The notes under the pieces are model-generated. The model searched no databases. It had not been told where the DNA came from and saw nothing but the letters and a program-made list of their open reading frames with translations. A DNA stretch of 64,000 bases from Bacteroidota bacterium. Lineage in GTDB: Bacteria > Bacteroidota > Bacteroidia > AKYH767-A > OLB10. The DNA is taken from the NCBI GenBank assembly GCA_024643795.1, contig JAHEMF010000011.1:1302-65301 (forward strand), given 5' to 3'. Below are positions 17,927 through 28,325 of this stretch, in pieces (positions within the stretch are counted from its first letter, which is position 1; every line of letters begins with the position of its first letter). The translations under genes and the position numbers were made by a program.

Positions 17927-19456
17927 ATGCATGATATGATCGAGGATTTTAAAAAAGAGATAGCTGCAGGGTACAATTTTAAAGGTGATTCAATTATTTT
18001 GGGAGGTGCAATGTTGGAGGGCATTCCAAATAAGGATCTTCTGGTACAGTTACCATTAAAAACATTGAATCGTCACGGATTGATTGCAGGTGCAACTGGT
18101 ACCGGTAAAACAAAAACATTACAGGGGATTGCTGAATCTTTATCCCAGGCTGGTGTCCCTTCATTACTCATGGACTTAAAAGGGGATCTTAGCGGACTGG
18201 CCGCATCAGGGAATGCTCATCCGAAGATCACTCAAAGGCATGAGTCCATAGGAGTTGAGTGGATGCCTGAATCATTTCCTGTAGAACTACTCACAATCAG
18301 TAATGATGCGGGGGTCAGGCTCAGAGCTACTATCACAGAATTTGGTCCTGTTTTGTTCTCCAGGATACTAGAACTCAATGATACTCAATCAGGAGTTGTT
18401 TCTCTTGTGTTTAAATATTGTGATGACAATGGTTTGCCACTGCTGGATATAAAGGATTTTAAAAAGGTAATGCAATTTCTTACCAATGAAGGTAAGCAAG
18501 CTATCGAGAAGGAGTATGGACGAATCAGTACGGCATCTGTAGCAACCATTCTGAGAAAGATCATAACCATTGAAGAACAGGGTGCAGATGTTTTTTTCGG
18601 TGAAAGATCATTTGATGTAGACGACCTTACCCGTATAAATGCAAATGGATCTGGATATATCAATATCATTCGTCTCACCGATATTCAAGATAAACCCAAC
18701 CTCTTTTCAACTTTTGTTTTATCACTTCTGGCTGAAATTTATACTCTATTTCCTGAAGAAGGCGACCTTGAAAAGCCAAAGCTTGTCATCTTCATAGATG
18801 AGGCTCATCTGCTTTTTAAAGAGGCATCCAAAGCACTACTCAGTCAGATAGAGACCATCATAAAACTGATAAGATCAAAGGGCGTGGGAGTAATATTCTG
18901 CACCCAACTTCCTACTGATGTGCCGGAATCAATTTTGTCACAGTTAGGTCTGAAAGTGCAACATGCATTGCGTGCCTTTACTGCTAAAGACCGGAAAAAT
19001 ATCAAATTAACAGTAGAGAATTACCCGCTTACCCAGTTTTACGATGTTGATGACTTGATCACCAATCTCGGAATTGGAGAAGCATTGATCACAGGATTGA
19101 ATGAAAAAGGAATACCAACACCACTTGTTCATACCATGTTGTGTGCTCCAAGATCCAGGATGGATGTGTTGAATGAATCTGAAATACTTGAATTGACCAA
19201 TAATTCAAAGTTGGTAAAAAAGTATAATGATGAAATAGACCGTGAAAGCGCCTATGAGATCCTTAATAAGAAGCTTAGTGATGTTGGTAGTTCACATGAA
19301 AGTGAAAGATCTGAAGTCGATAAAAAGCGTAGCAAGCAAAAAGAAGAGAAAAGTTTGATTGAAGAGGTGATCAATAGTCCGGGAGGAAGAGTTGTTCTAA
19401 GAGAGGTAACCAGATCTATAATGGGTATTCTGGGAATAAAAGGGAAGAGAAGATAG
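17927..19456 (+). CDS. DUF853/YjgR-type HerA-like P-loop ATPase
   Basis: Walker A GATGTGKTKT, Walker B LVIFIDEAH, basic/acidic C-terminal tail. ATG directly abuts the bshC stop. Confidence 0.8.
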   Translation: MHDMIEDFKKEIAAGYNFKGDSIILGGAMLEGIPNKDLLVQLPLKTLNRHGLIAGATGTGKTKTLQGIAESLSQAGVPSLLMDLKGDLSGLAASGNAHPKITQRHESIGVEWMPESFPVELLTISNDAGVRLRATITEFGPVLFSRILELNDTQSGVVSLVFKYCDDNGLPLLDIKDFKKVMQFLTNEGKQAIEKEYGRISTASVATILRKIITIEEQGADVFFGERSFDVDDLTRINANGSGYINIIRLTDIQDKPNLFSTFVLSLLAEIYTLFPEEGDLEKPKLVIFIDEAHLLFKEASKALLSQIETIIKLIRSKGVGVIFCTQLPTDVPESILSQLGLKVQHALRAFTAKDRKNIKLTVENYPLTQFYDVDDLITNLGIGEALITGLNEKGIPTPLVHTMLCAPRSRMDVLNESEILELTNNSKLVKKYNDEIDRESAYEILNKKLSDVGSSHESERSEVDKKRSKQKEEKSLIEEVINSPGGRVVLREVTRSIMGILGIKGKRR

Positions 19457-19472
19457 TTTATAAAATAGGTAA

Positions 19473-20075
19473 ATGGAAAATACACTTTTGTTAAGATTCT
19501 CTCCCAGGTATAATTTATTTTTGTTTTTACAGAGGATAGCTCCAGCCTTATTGCTCATATTTTACACTGCCGGAATGCCCGTTAGTGGTTGGATAGAGTG
19601 GGTAAGATCCTTTGTATTTGTTTTGGTTGGGTTTTATACGATATATCTCTCGTTGCGCGCATTTTTTGATATATCTAATCTTTTACCAGCCAGACTTCAT
19701 CTTTTTAATGTAATGACTGCATTCCTCATCATGGGCCAGGCTGCTCTTCAATATGGACCAGGACATGGAAATATTGTCAATGTTGTGATGATATGTATTG
19801 GATCGGCACTACTTTTTTACCAGATAATGATCAGAAAAGGTGAAGTTAAACCAGCTATTAAATTTTTAGATTCAGACTTAAATATTACTATAACACACAG
19901 AAATACTGTCCAGTATGACACATCGGAATTGAAAGATATTCAATTGCAAGATCATGAGTTAATTATTTCACTTGTCAATGGCGATAAGCGATCATTAGAT
20001 CTTTCTCTGATCGCAAATAAAAATGAGATCAGTTTTTTTCTGACAAGTCAGAAAAGTGAACCTACTATGGTTTAA
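19473..20075 (+). CDS. Hypothetical membrane protein (about 4 TM plus soluble C-terminal domain)
   Basis: 200 aa with hydrophobic segments in residues 10-125. No motif recognised. 16 nt downstream of the ATPase gene. Confidence 0.5.
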   Translation: MENTLLLRFSPRYNLFLFLQRIAPALLLIFYTAGMPVSGWIEWVRSFVFVLVGFYTIYLSLRAFFDISNLLPARLHLFNVMTAFLIMGQAALQYGPGHGNIVNVVMICIGSALLFYQIMIRKGEVKPAIKFLDSDLNITITHRNTVQYDTSELKDIQLQDHELIISLVNGDKRSLDLSLIANKNEISFFLTSQKSEPTMV

Positions 20076-22251
20076 GTTTTTTGATCAGGAAATCGGTTAT
20101 CCTGTTATAAACAGCTGTTCTTTCATCTAGTATGCTATGTGCTTGATCGGGTACAGTCATCAAAGTACACTCTTTACCGGCAGCTTTTATAGCTTCGGCA
20201 AACTTTGATGAATTGCTATAGTGTACATTGTCATCTGCCGTACCATGAATTAATAATAACGGACACGATAGGTTAGCGGCGTTATTCAGCGGTGCTGTAT
20301 TATTATATCCGTCTTCGTTATTCTCCGGCAACTCCATATACCTTTCGGTATATGCTGAATCATAGAATCTCCAGTCAGTCACGGGAGCAACTGCTACTGC
20401 TGCAGCATACAATTCGCCATGAGTAGTTGCAAGCATGGATGTAAGGTAACCCCCAAAACTCCATCCCCAAACAGCTATCCGCTTCTTGTCAATATAATTG
20501 AGCGACCCAAGATATTTAGTGACTTGAGCCTGATCATGAGTTTCGGTTATTCCAAGTTGTTTGTATACCTGTTTGTTGAATTCAACACCTCTTGCACCCG
20601 TACCTCTGTTATCAACACACACTATAATGAATCCTTTTTGAGCCATCATCTGATGCCATAAATATCGTTGATCACCCCATTGATTCAATACTTTTTGACT
20701 TCCTGGTCCTCCGTACATGAATTGAAGTACAGGATATTGATTTAAGGCATTAAAGTTCGATGGTTTTATCATCCATCCGTTGAGTTTTATATCATCGGGT
20801 GTATTAAAACTAAAGAAATATGGTTTCGGTAAATTTAATTCACTGAGATTATTCCAGATCTGAATATTATCCTTTATCGTATATGTTTTTTCTCCTGCGG
20901 CATTATAAACAGAGTAAGATGGGGGAGTAGATATTGTTGAATGCTTTATGACCATATATTTCAGATCATTTGAAAAAGTGGCTTCGCTGTATCCTGATGC
21001 TGGACCGATCTCCTGAATGGTCCCGGTCTTAATATCTACAGAATAGACAAGATAATTCATAGGGTCCTTTATAGCTGCCTGAAAATATGCTTTGCCTGCT
21101 AACTCATCTATACCATATACTTTTGTAACATCCCATTTTCCGATGGTCAATTGATCCTTTTCTTCATCTTTTGTAGAGTATACATAGATATGATTGTATT
21201 GAGTTAAAGTGCTTGTGAAAATAAAGTTGGCTCCATTATTATAGAAAATGATTGATTCAGGTAATTCAATGTATCTTGGATCAACTTCATAGTATAGGTC
21301 CTTTGTGTTCTTGTTGATGACATCATATTGGATAAATTTCATTGTGTTCTGTGTTCTGTTCATCCATACAATAGCTATCATTCCCGATTCACCGGTCCAC
21401 ATTACTCTTGGTATATAACTGTTATTGTCTCCTGCAACAGGGCAGTCAGATACAGTATTGTTATCCAGGTCATATATTTTAATTGTAACATCAGGGTTAG
21501 GTTCGCCGGCCTTAGGATATCTTATATTCTTAGGGTGAGTAAATGTGCTGTCATTGCGTACATCCAGTTTGATCAATGGAATATTTGATTCATCAAATCT
21601 GTAAAAACACAGATACTTGCTGTCATTTGACCATGAATATGCTTTATGGAATGCGAATTCTTCTTCATAGATCCAATCAGCAATTCCATTTATTATCTTA
21701 AGGTCTTCGCCATCAACACTTACGCTTTTTGTCTTTTGTGTGCTGATTTCAAACAACTTGATATTATTCCCTTCTACATATGAAACATATTTGCCATTTG
21801 GAGAAAATTCAGCTGAAAAAACATTTTTACCTTCAAACAACAGTATTGGTATGGATGATCCTGGAGTGATCAAATAGTATTTGTACATCGTACTGTGCCT
21901 GAAAACAGGTTTTCCGTTAGTTGCAATTAACAATGATCCTGTGCTGGTGTTGATTTTAAAATCCTCGATCGGTACGTTACCAGGTAATGAGTTAGAATCG
22001 AAAAGTGTGTCCAGTACCACACCTGTGCTGTAACTTCGAACTACTACCAAACTTCCATTACCTTTTCGCTTTAGAGTATGGTAAGCGTATGAATCATCTT
22101 TGCCCAGATCGGTTATGGATAGTTCTTCATTTTCAGTGAATTGATGGGTACCCCAGATCAGCTCATTTGATAAGGTTTGTGCATGTGCATTATATTTGGG
22201 AAGAGAATATAATCCTGAAAACACACAGATCAAAAGAAATAGTCTATTCAT
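20065..22251 (-). CDS. Dipeptidyl-peptidase IV-type serine peptidase (S9B)
   Basis: Trimmed to ATG at 22251 (MNRLFLLICVFSGLYSLP signal peptide). DPPIV N-terminal propeller-like region. Catalytic GWSFGGY, HGTADDNVH, DQAHS. Confidence 0.85.
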   Translation of the reverse strand: MNRLFLLICVFSGLYSLPKYNAHAQTLSNELIWGTHQFTENEELSITDLGKDDSYAYHTLKRKGNGSLVVVRSYSTGVVLDTLFDSNSLPGNVPIEDFKINTSTGSLLIATNGKPVFRHSTMYKYYLITPGSSIPILLFEGKNVFSAEFSPNGKYVSYVEGNNIKLFEISTQKTKSVSVDGEDLKIINGIADWIYEEEFAFHKAYSWSNDSKYLCFYRFDESNIPLIKLDVRNDSTFTHPKNIRYPKAGEPNPDVTIKIYDLDNNTVSDCPVAGDNNSYIPRVMWTGESGMIAIVWMNRTQNTMKFIQYDVINKNTKDLYYEVDPRYIELPESIIFYNNGANFIFTSTLTQYNHIYVYSTKDEEKDQLTIGKWDVTKVYGIDELAGKAYFQAAIKDPMNYLVYSVDIKTGTIQEIGPASGYSEATFSNDLKYMVIKHSTISTPPSYSVYNAAGEKTYTIKDNIQIWNNLSELNLPKPYFFSFNTPDDIKLNGWMIKPSNFNALNQYPVLQFMYGGPGSQKVLNQWGDQRYLWHQMMAQKGFIIVCVDNRGTGARGVEFNKQVYKQLGITETHDQAQVTKYLGSLNYIDKKRIAVWGWSFGGYLTSMLATTHGELYAAAVAVAPVTDWRFYDSAYTERYMELPENNEDGYNNTAPLNNAANLSCPLLLIHGTADDNVHYSNSSKFAEAIKAAGKECTLMTVPDQAHSILDERTAVYNRITDFLIKKLKP

Positions 22252-22317
22252 TATTGTATAAATTTTTATAATTGTTGTAAAATAAGAAAATGTCATTGAA
22301 TTTTAAACCTTAACTCA

Positions 22318-22965
22318 TTGGAAATATTAAAAATCAAAGCTCTTAAAACTACACGTATTTTTTTTAGAAAGGGAACTACGAATATGACCTTTATATTTCT
22401 GCATGGTTATGGGATGAATTTTAAGAAAATAGTGGATAAAATAGATGGACTTATCCCTGTTGATTATAATCTGGTGATTCCTGAGGCCCTATCCAGATAT
22501 TATACTAAAGGAAGTTCCGGAGATGTAGGTTCCAGTTGGATGACTCGTGAAGAGAGAGATGACGACATTATTGATAATGTCTTATTTCTTGATCAGGTTA
22601 TCGAGGATTTGCATGGATCTGGCAGGATACCCAATGATTCAAGGAAAGTAGTATGTGGGTTCTCGCAAGGAGGCCCTACAGCTGCCCGCTGGGCCTGCAT
22701 GGGAACAATGAATGTTGATGAATTGGTATTGTGGGGCTCAGACTTCCCTGAAGATGTTCTCAAGGAGCCATATTTCAACAAATTATGTCAACTGAAGGTT
22801 AAATTTGTTCTGGGTGATAACGATGAGTATTTATCACAGGATATAATAATATCAAATAACAGTAAACTTGTTAACTTAGCCATACCATCAACTTATCGGA
22901 TTTATGGTGGGAGTCACAGGATATCTGATATTGGTATCACTGAAGTGTTATCTTCGGCATTGTAG
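22318..22965 (+). CDS. Alpha/beta hydrolase (phospholipase/carboxylesterase-type)
   Basis: FIFLHGYGMN and nucleophile elbow GFSQGG. Start is uncertain: TTG 22318 in the track, and the first ATG is 22384. Confidence 0.65.
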   Translation: MEILKIKALKTTRIFFRKGTTNMTFIFLHGYGMNFKKIVDKIDGLIPVDYNLVIPEALSRYYTKGSSGDVGSSWMTREERDDDIIDNVLFLDQVIEDLHGSGRIPNDSRKVVCGFSQGGPTAARWACMGTMNVDELVLWGSDFPEDVLKEPYFNKLCQLKVKFVLGDNDEYLSQDIIISNNSKLVNLAIPSTYRIYGGSHRISDIGITEVLSSAL

Positions 22966-22973
22966 TCACTGTA

Positions 22974-23672
22974 ATGATTAAATTTAAAAATATAACTATA
23001 GGTAATAGTGCAGGTGTGCTGTTAGCATTGTATTTTACTTTATCGGCTTTGATTCCCTATGGGTGCAAACAAGAATTTGCAGGATTTGCGGATCAGGGTG
23101 TGATCATTTACGATGTTGAGATCAGTGATGATAACACTGATATTCCCGGTGCCATGATGCCAAGTGAGTTGAAGACATATTATCTGTCAGGAAAAACGGC
23201 AACATCTATAACTGCAGGATTGGGACTGGTTGAAACAAGAATAATTTCAGATCCGGTGTTACGTCAATATAAAACACTGGTTTCGGCCATGGGGCAAAAG
23301 ATAGCCCTTGTACTTGATGAGGCCAAGGTTAGTAATAATTTGAATGATCGTATTGACCTTGAATTGACCTATACAGGCAGGGAAAAGCAAATAGCAGGTT
23401 TTACCTGTAAAGAGGTTGTTGTTAAAGACAGTACTGACAATGTGTTCAGTATTTATTTCGCAAATGATTTTCCTGTCAAGAATGTGAACTGGGGCACTCC
23501 TTTCAGAGATATTGACGGTTTGCTGATGGAATATTCCATGAAATTTGGCAATGCTGTTATGAGCCTGAGAGTCAAGGAGGTGATCATGGAAAAAGTTGAT
23601 CCGGCATTATTTGAGATCCCTGATGACTACCAGCAGATTGAGGATCCTGCTGAAATGGACATGTTCATGTAA
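22974..23672 (+). CDS. Hypothetical lipoprotein
   Basis: Lipobox-like LIPYGC after a hydrophobic N-terminus. No catalytic motif recognised. Confidence 0.55.
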   Translation: MIKFKNITIGNSAGVLLALYFTLSALIPYGCKQEFAGFADQGVIIYDVEISDDNTDIPGAMMPSELKTYYLSGKTATSITAGLGLVETRIISDPVLRQYKTLVSAMGQKIALVLDEAKVSNNLNDRIDLELTYTGREKQIAGFTCKEVVVKDSTDNVFSIYFANDFPVKNVNWGTPFRDIDGLLMEYSMKFGNAVMSLRVKEVIMEKVDPALFEIPDDYQQIEDPAEMDMFM

Positions 23673-23679
23673 AAGTTAA

Positions 23680-25608
23680 TTATTTATTCAGAATAACGAA
23701 CTCCGTTCTCCTGTTTTGTGCTCGTCCGGTATTACTGTCATTTTCAGCTATTGGTTTAGATTGCCCAAACCCCTTATAACTCAAGCGGCTTTTATCAATA
23801 CCAATCGAAATAAGAAAAGAATAAACTGATTTTGCCCTATTCTCACTTAGCTGAAGGTTTGAATCTGCATCACCAATGTTATCAGTATGTCCATGTATTG
23901 CCACATTTACCTTGGGGTTGGCATTCAGGAAATTGGCGAAATCCAACAGTATATTCTTTGATACATGGTTAAGTTCGAATGAATTTGTGTTGAAGAATAT
24001 ATTGTTTAATTTATAAGTACCTCCAACCTCTATTTGCTTGAGTTCAAAGTTTGTGGTTACTGGTTCTGAAATTGTGCTGTCTTCTTTAGAGAAATACTCA
24101 GAATTATAAGCGTGCCCGTCCTTTTGAACTGTTAGTATATAGTCTGAATCAAAAAGTACAACACTAGCATATTTGCCTGTGGTACTGTCATAATCAACAG
24201 CCATGGTCTCCTGTGTATTCAGGTTCTTTAACTCAATTTTAGCAGCAAATGGAATATTATTTTCAGAATCTCTAAGGTCTCCTTTTACAAATAATACTCT
24301 CTCAGGTTTTGCATTTTCGGGTAAATTGAATTGATAGATATCATAACCTGATGAACCTTTTAAAGTGTTTGAGGCAAAGTAACCTGATCTGCCATCCGTG
24401 CTGATAAAAAAACCTACCTCATCTGCTTGAGTATTGATAGGGTAACCAATATTCACAGGTTTGCCCCAATTTCCTTTTTCATTCTTGCGTACCACATAAA
24501 TATCATAACCACCCATACCCGGAAGACTGTCAGATGCAAAATATAATGTTCGGTTATCGGGGTGGATGTAAGGCGTCTTTTCATTTCCATTGGTATTGAT
24601 CGGTAATGGCACTGCTTTTCCCCATACCCCATTTTTTTTATGTGTTACATATATATCTGATGTTTCATTGATAGTATCTCTGTAGGTTGAAAAATAAAGG
24701 TCATTACCGTCAGCTGATACCGAAGGTTGAGAATCCCATTGAAGCGGGTCATTAACATTTTCGCCCATATTGGTGATTGGGCCCCATCCTTTCAATGACC
24801 ATTCGGAGTAAAAAAGGTCAAAGTTTCCATTATCATTATAGGTGAAGTACAATACACGGTTATCCTTTGTGATGGTTGGTCCGCCTTCGTTATTACTTGA
24901 AGACATGTTAAACGGTAATGGCATTGGTGAACCTGTATCAAAATTACCATCTTCCTGTCGTGAGCTAATCATGAACTTTTCTACACTTCTTGGTGTTAGT
25001 GCTCCCTTTGGAAATTCATCAAACCTTCGTGTAAAAAAACAAAATTCATTGTCGGGTGATATAAATGGAAGATACTCCGGATTTGAAGTTGAAACTCCTT
25101 CAAGCTTAACAGGATTAAATTCAACAGGGTTGTTCATTAATTGGGCTCTATACATCATAGTGTTAGCATCACGAACCAACTCCTCTTTTTCATAATCGAA
25201 TGAAATGAATTCGTTGAGTGTTTTTATACATTCATTTAATTCACCTTTTTCATAATAAACTTTGCCCAGTCTGTAATAGGGTAGGGCATAACCATCAGGG
25301 CATCTCTCAATTAATTTAACGTAAGCATTGGACATAGTTTTAAAGTCCTTTTTGATATAAGCATAATCACCGAGCAATAACCATGGATCAGCATAGCTGC
25401 TGTCTTCTTCTGCAGATTTGTTGACAAGCTTTATCACAGCATCATAGTCCTTTTTATTCTTTCGTGCGGTTACAGCATCTTTATAATACTTCTCGGCTTT
25501 TTTTGAAGTGGTTTCGGGACAAATAGGTACAGGTTGACTGATCGATGAAAGAGGGATCATCAATAAGAAAAAATAGCATAATGCACTTATTAGTTGAGTC
25601 CTTATCAT
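23680..25608 (-). CDS. OmpA-family peptidoglycan-binding protein with TPR and PD40/TolB-like beta-propeller repeats
   Basis: Signal peptide, TPR-like helices (YYKDAV...YYRLGKVYYEKG), repeated PD40-like blocks (YFTYNDNGNFDLFYS, LYFSTYRD, LYFASDSLPGMGGYDIYV, GYFASNTLKGSSGYDIY). C-terminal OmpA block HGHTDNIGDADSNLQLSENRAKSV...NRRTEF. Confidence 0.85.
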   Translation of the reverse strand: MIRTQLISALCYFFLLMIPLSSISQPVPICPETTSKKAEKYYKDAVTARKNKKDYDAVIKLVNKSAEEDSSYADPWLLLGDYAYIKKDFKTMSNAYVKLIERCPDGYALPYYRLGKVYYEKGELNECIKTLNEFISFDYEKEELVRDANTMMYRAQLMNNPVEFNPVKLEGVSTSNPEYLPFISPDNEFCFFTRRFDEFPKGALTPRSVEKFMISSRQEDGNFDTGSPMPLPFNMSSSNNEGGPTITKDNRVLYFTYNDNGNFDLFYSEWSLKGWGPITNMGENVNDPLQWDSQPSVSADGNDLYFSTYRDTINETSDIYVTHKKNGVWGKAVPLPINTNGNEKTPYIHPDNRTLYFASDSLPGMGGYDIYVVRKNEKGNWGKPVNIGYPINTQADEVGFFISTDGRSGYFASNTLKGSSGYDIYQFNLPENAKPERVLFVKGDLRDSENNIPFAAKIELKNLNTQETMAVDYDSTTGKYASVVLFDSDYILTVQKDGHAYNSEYFSKEDSTISEPVTTNFELKQIEVGGTYKLNNIFFNTNSFELNHVSKNILLDFANFLNANPKVNVAIHGHTDNIGDADSNLQLSENRAKSVYSFLISIGIDKSRLSYKGFGQSKPIAENDSNTGRAQNRRTEFVILNK

Positions 25609-28274
25609 TTTGGTTTACCAAACAGATCTTTTAACTTGTCTTTTCCTTCTTTCAGCAATTTCTCTTCTGCTTCTTTTTTTAACTTTTCAGACTCCTTGCG
25701 TGCTTTTTCTTCCAGTTCTTTCTGAGCCTTTTCTGCTTCCTGTCTCAATTTTTCTTCAGCTTCTCTTTTTTGCTTTTCAAGTTCTTCTTTAGCTTTTTGT
25801 TCCAGGGCCTGCTTTTGTTTTTCAAATTCTTGTTTTGCCTGATCTTCAAGAGCTTTTCCGGCACTCGAGGCTGTTTTACCCAAGTCTGCACTAACTTTAG
25901 GATCAGATGATGAACCTGTAATCTTCAACTTAACTGGTATTTTCTCTGCCATTGTTAGATTTAATCCGGCAGAATTGGCAGAAGCAAATAAACTGTTTAT
26001 GGCCTGGTTCGCTTCCTTGCCCATGAGTTTTGTTGGTACCTGCATGGTAACGTTGTAATCCATTGATTGATCAAACCCATGACTACCGTCAACGGTTGAT
26101 TCTATTCCTGATACTTTAACCTCAAAAGGTTTTAATGTTACGCGGCCATTTTCAAAATTGAAACTGATATTTGCATCACTTAATTCTGCTTTTTTAAATT
26201 GTTCCATTTTCAGAACATCAGCAACTTTAACCAGTGGTTTAAAATTATCAATGGTCACGCCATGGGTAGTCAGCTTGCCGTATCCGGCCAGTGAATTAAG
26301 GTCTGCTTCCATGTTCTCATCAAATTGTCCCTGAATCCTGATTTCGGTACTTGCATTTCCATTGCACTTTTCAGCTATGGGTGCAAGCTTTTGTATGGTT
26401 CCAAATGCATCGTAACACTTTCTAATATTCACCTTTTCAACATTCATATTGAAGAAGAATTGCGGATTTAATGTGTCTTTGGAGTTATAAACCCCATTCA
26501 TTAACATGTTTCCGTCGAGAGTATTGAATTTAAGGTCATTCAACCCCAGAGTTTGATCTCTCATTGCAAGATTACCGGAAATATTGTTCAAGACCAGGTT
26601 ATCGTAATACACTGTTTTTGCACTAAGAGTCATTAGAAAGTCAATGTATTCTGGAATTTTAACTACTCCGTTATTGCTGGAATCAGTTCCGGCGCTTTCG
26701 CTTTCCTCACCTGAGTTGAGTTCATTGAGATCTATGATGTCAGCTTCTACATCAAGGGTGGCTTTTAATAATTCATTTTCATTAAATACGTAAACTAGTA
26801 AGTTATCAACCCAGCCATTCATCTTTAAATTTGTACGACCTATATTTAGTTGGAAGTCATTAACAGTAAGGTTTCTTGGATTGAAAATAAGCTCAAGGTT
26901 TGGTACACTTACCGGTAATGGTGTAGATGGAGAACTGTAATTTATATTCGTAGCTAAAAACCTTCCTTCAGCAGTAAAGTCCTGATACCTTTTATTTTCT
27001 ATTGCGGAAACCCTACCCTTTAATGTGATATCCGCATCAATTTTACCACTCACATTTTCACCTTCCTCAAGAGGGATAAAGCTTTTCACCTTATCAAGGT
27101 CAACCGACCCTTTTATGAACCCGTCAAGATAGGGGTCACTCACCGGATTTTTAACGAGTAATGCAGCATCAATAGGTGAGGATCCGAATTTTAGATGAAG
27201 TTTTTCCAGTCTTATTATTGTATTATCAGTCTCCCCATCGGGATTCGTAATGTTCAGATCGATATTTACTTCTGTTAATTTTTCAGGAAGGTCCGGGTAA
27301 TTGAAATTCCCATTATTCACTTTAAGGTCTACATTGTATGCCGGAAGACTCGTTTCATTATACACACCTTTTATATTGCCTTTGAATTCAAGTGAACCGG
27401 ATGATTCTACCTTTCCAAATTCATTGCTATATACACCGGGTATCATTGACATGAAATTTTTAAATTCATTTTTAGCAACTGAAAAATCAAGATCCATGTC
27501 AATGTCTTCGCCCGGCATTGCAACAAAACCGTTCAAAGCAAATTCAAGCTCATTAAGCTTAACATTATTCTCCTTGAATGTGTATTTTGATTCTGGGAGA
27601 TTGATTTCCATTTCAACATCAGCAATGGTTTTTGCTTTATGGATATAATCAATTCCATCCATTGTATAGGTGGTTGATGCTATTTCAGTTTTAGTGAGCA
27701 ATGAAAAAATATCCTGAGTGAAATCTCCAGAGCCTTTGTGATTAAGTCCTTCCAGAATCACATGCATATCTCCTTCATAGTCATTGTATGCCAGATACCC
27801 GTTGGAAATAGAATAAGATTTCAGCATCAAATTTAATGGTGAACTATCCGTTGAATTTTGCTGATCCTGATCTTCTGCAGACTTTGTGATATCCCAATTC
27901 ACTTTGCCTGAATCTGACACAGCTAAAAATATCCTGGGCTGAACAACATTGATTTTTTTCAGATCAATCTGGTCGCCGGAAATAACACTTTTAAGATTTA
28001 CTATCAGAGTCAGGGTTTCTATGGAAGCTAGTGTATCACCATCGAAATATCCTTTGTTAACTACACTGATCTTTTCTACATCAACCTGCAGATTTGGAAA
28101 AGACCTGATCAGGCTCAGGTCGATATCAGTAAATGCCACGTTGGCTTCAATATTGTCGTTTATTGTTTTTTTGGCCAGCTCCAGTATCTTACCCTTGAAA
28201 AGGTAGGGTAATAGGAGTAAGGCCAGAAATAGGAATAAAATAACTAACCCACTGATTTTCAGTATTTTTCTCAT
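25605..28274 (-). CDS. AsmA-family envelope protein with Lys/Glu-rich coiled-coil tail
   Basis: 889 aa. N-terminal TM anchor (ISGLVILFLFLALLLLPYL), a long beta-rich body typical of AsmA/TamB-like proteins, and a C-terminal ~80 aa K/E repeat. Its stop overlaps the downstream start by 4 nt. Confidence 0.75.
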   Translation of the reverse strand: MRKILKISGLVILFLFLALLLLPYLFKGKILELAKKTINDNIEANVAFTDIDLSLIRSFPNLQVDVEKISVVNKGYFDGDTLASIETLTLIVNLKSVISGDQIDLKKINVVQPRIFLAVSDSGKVNWDITKSAEDQDQQNSTDSSPLNLMLKSYSISNGYLAYNDYEGDMHVILEGLNHKGSGDFTQDIFSLLTKTEIASTTYTMDGIDYIHKAKTIADVEMEINLPESKYTFKENNVKLNELEFALNGFVAMPGEDIDMDLDFSVAKNEFKNFMSMIPGVYSNEFGKVESSGSLEFKGNIKGVYNETSLPAYNVDLKVNNGNFNYPDLPEKLTEVNIDLNITNPDGETDNTIIRLEKLHLKFGSSPIDAALLVKNPVSDPYLDGFIKGSVDLDKVKSFIPLEEGENVSGKIDADITLKGRVSAIENKRYQDFTAEGRFLATNINYSSPSTPLPVSVPNLELIFNPRNLTVNDFQLNIGRTNLKMNGWVDNLLVYVFNENELLKATLDVEADIIDLNELNSGEESESAGTDSSNNGVVKIPEYIDFLMTLSAKTVYYDNLVLNNISGNLAMRDQTLGLNDLKFNTLDGNMLMNGVYNSKDTLNPQFFFNMNVEKVNIRKCYDAFGTIQKLAPIAEKCNGNASTEIRIQGQFDENMEADLNSLAGYGKLTTHGVTIDNFKPLVKVADVLKMEQFKKAELSDANISFNFENGRVTLKPFEVKVSGIESTVDGSHGFDQSMDYNVTMQVPTKLMGKEANQAINSLFASANSAGLNLTMAEKIPVKLKITGSSSDPKVSADLGKTASSAGKALEDQAKQEFEKQKQALEQKAKEELEKQKREAEEKLRQEAEKAQKELEEKARKESEKLKKEAEEKLLKEGKDKLKDLFGKPK

Positions 28275-28325
28275 TTTGTTAATTTGTTTGATGCAAAGTT
28301 ATGAGGTATAACGCAGATTTGGTTG

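Noticed and set aside
17927-19456. HerA-like ATPase as the core of an anti-phage defence system
   Set aside because: The Walker motifs and size fit the housekeeping YjgR/DUF853 type. No Sir2, nuclease, DUF4297 or other effector partner is adjacent, and the flanks are core metabolic genes.
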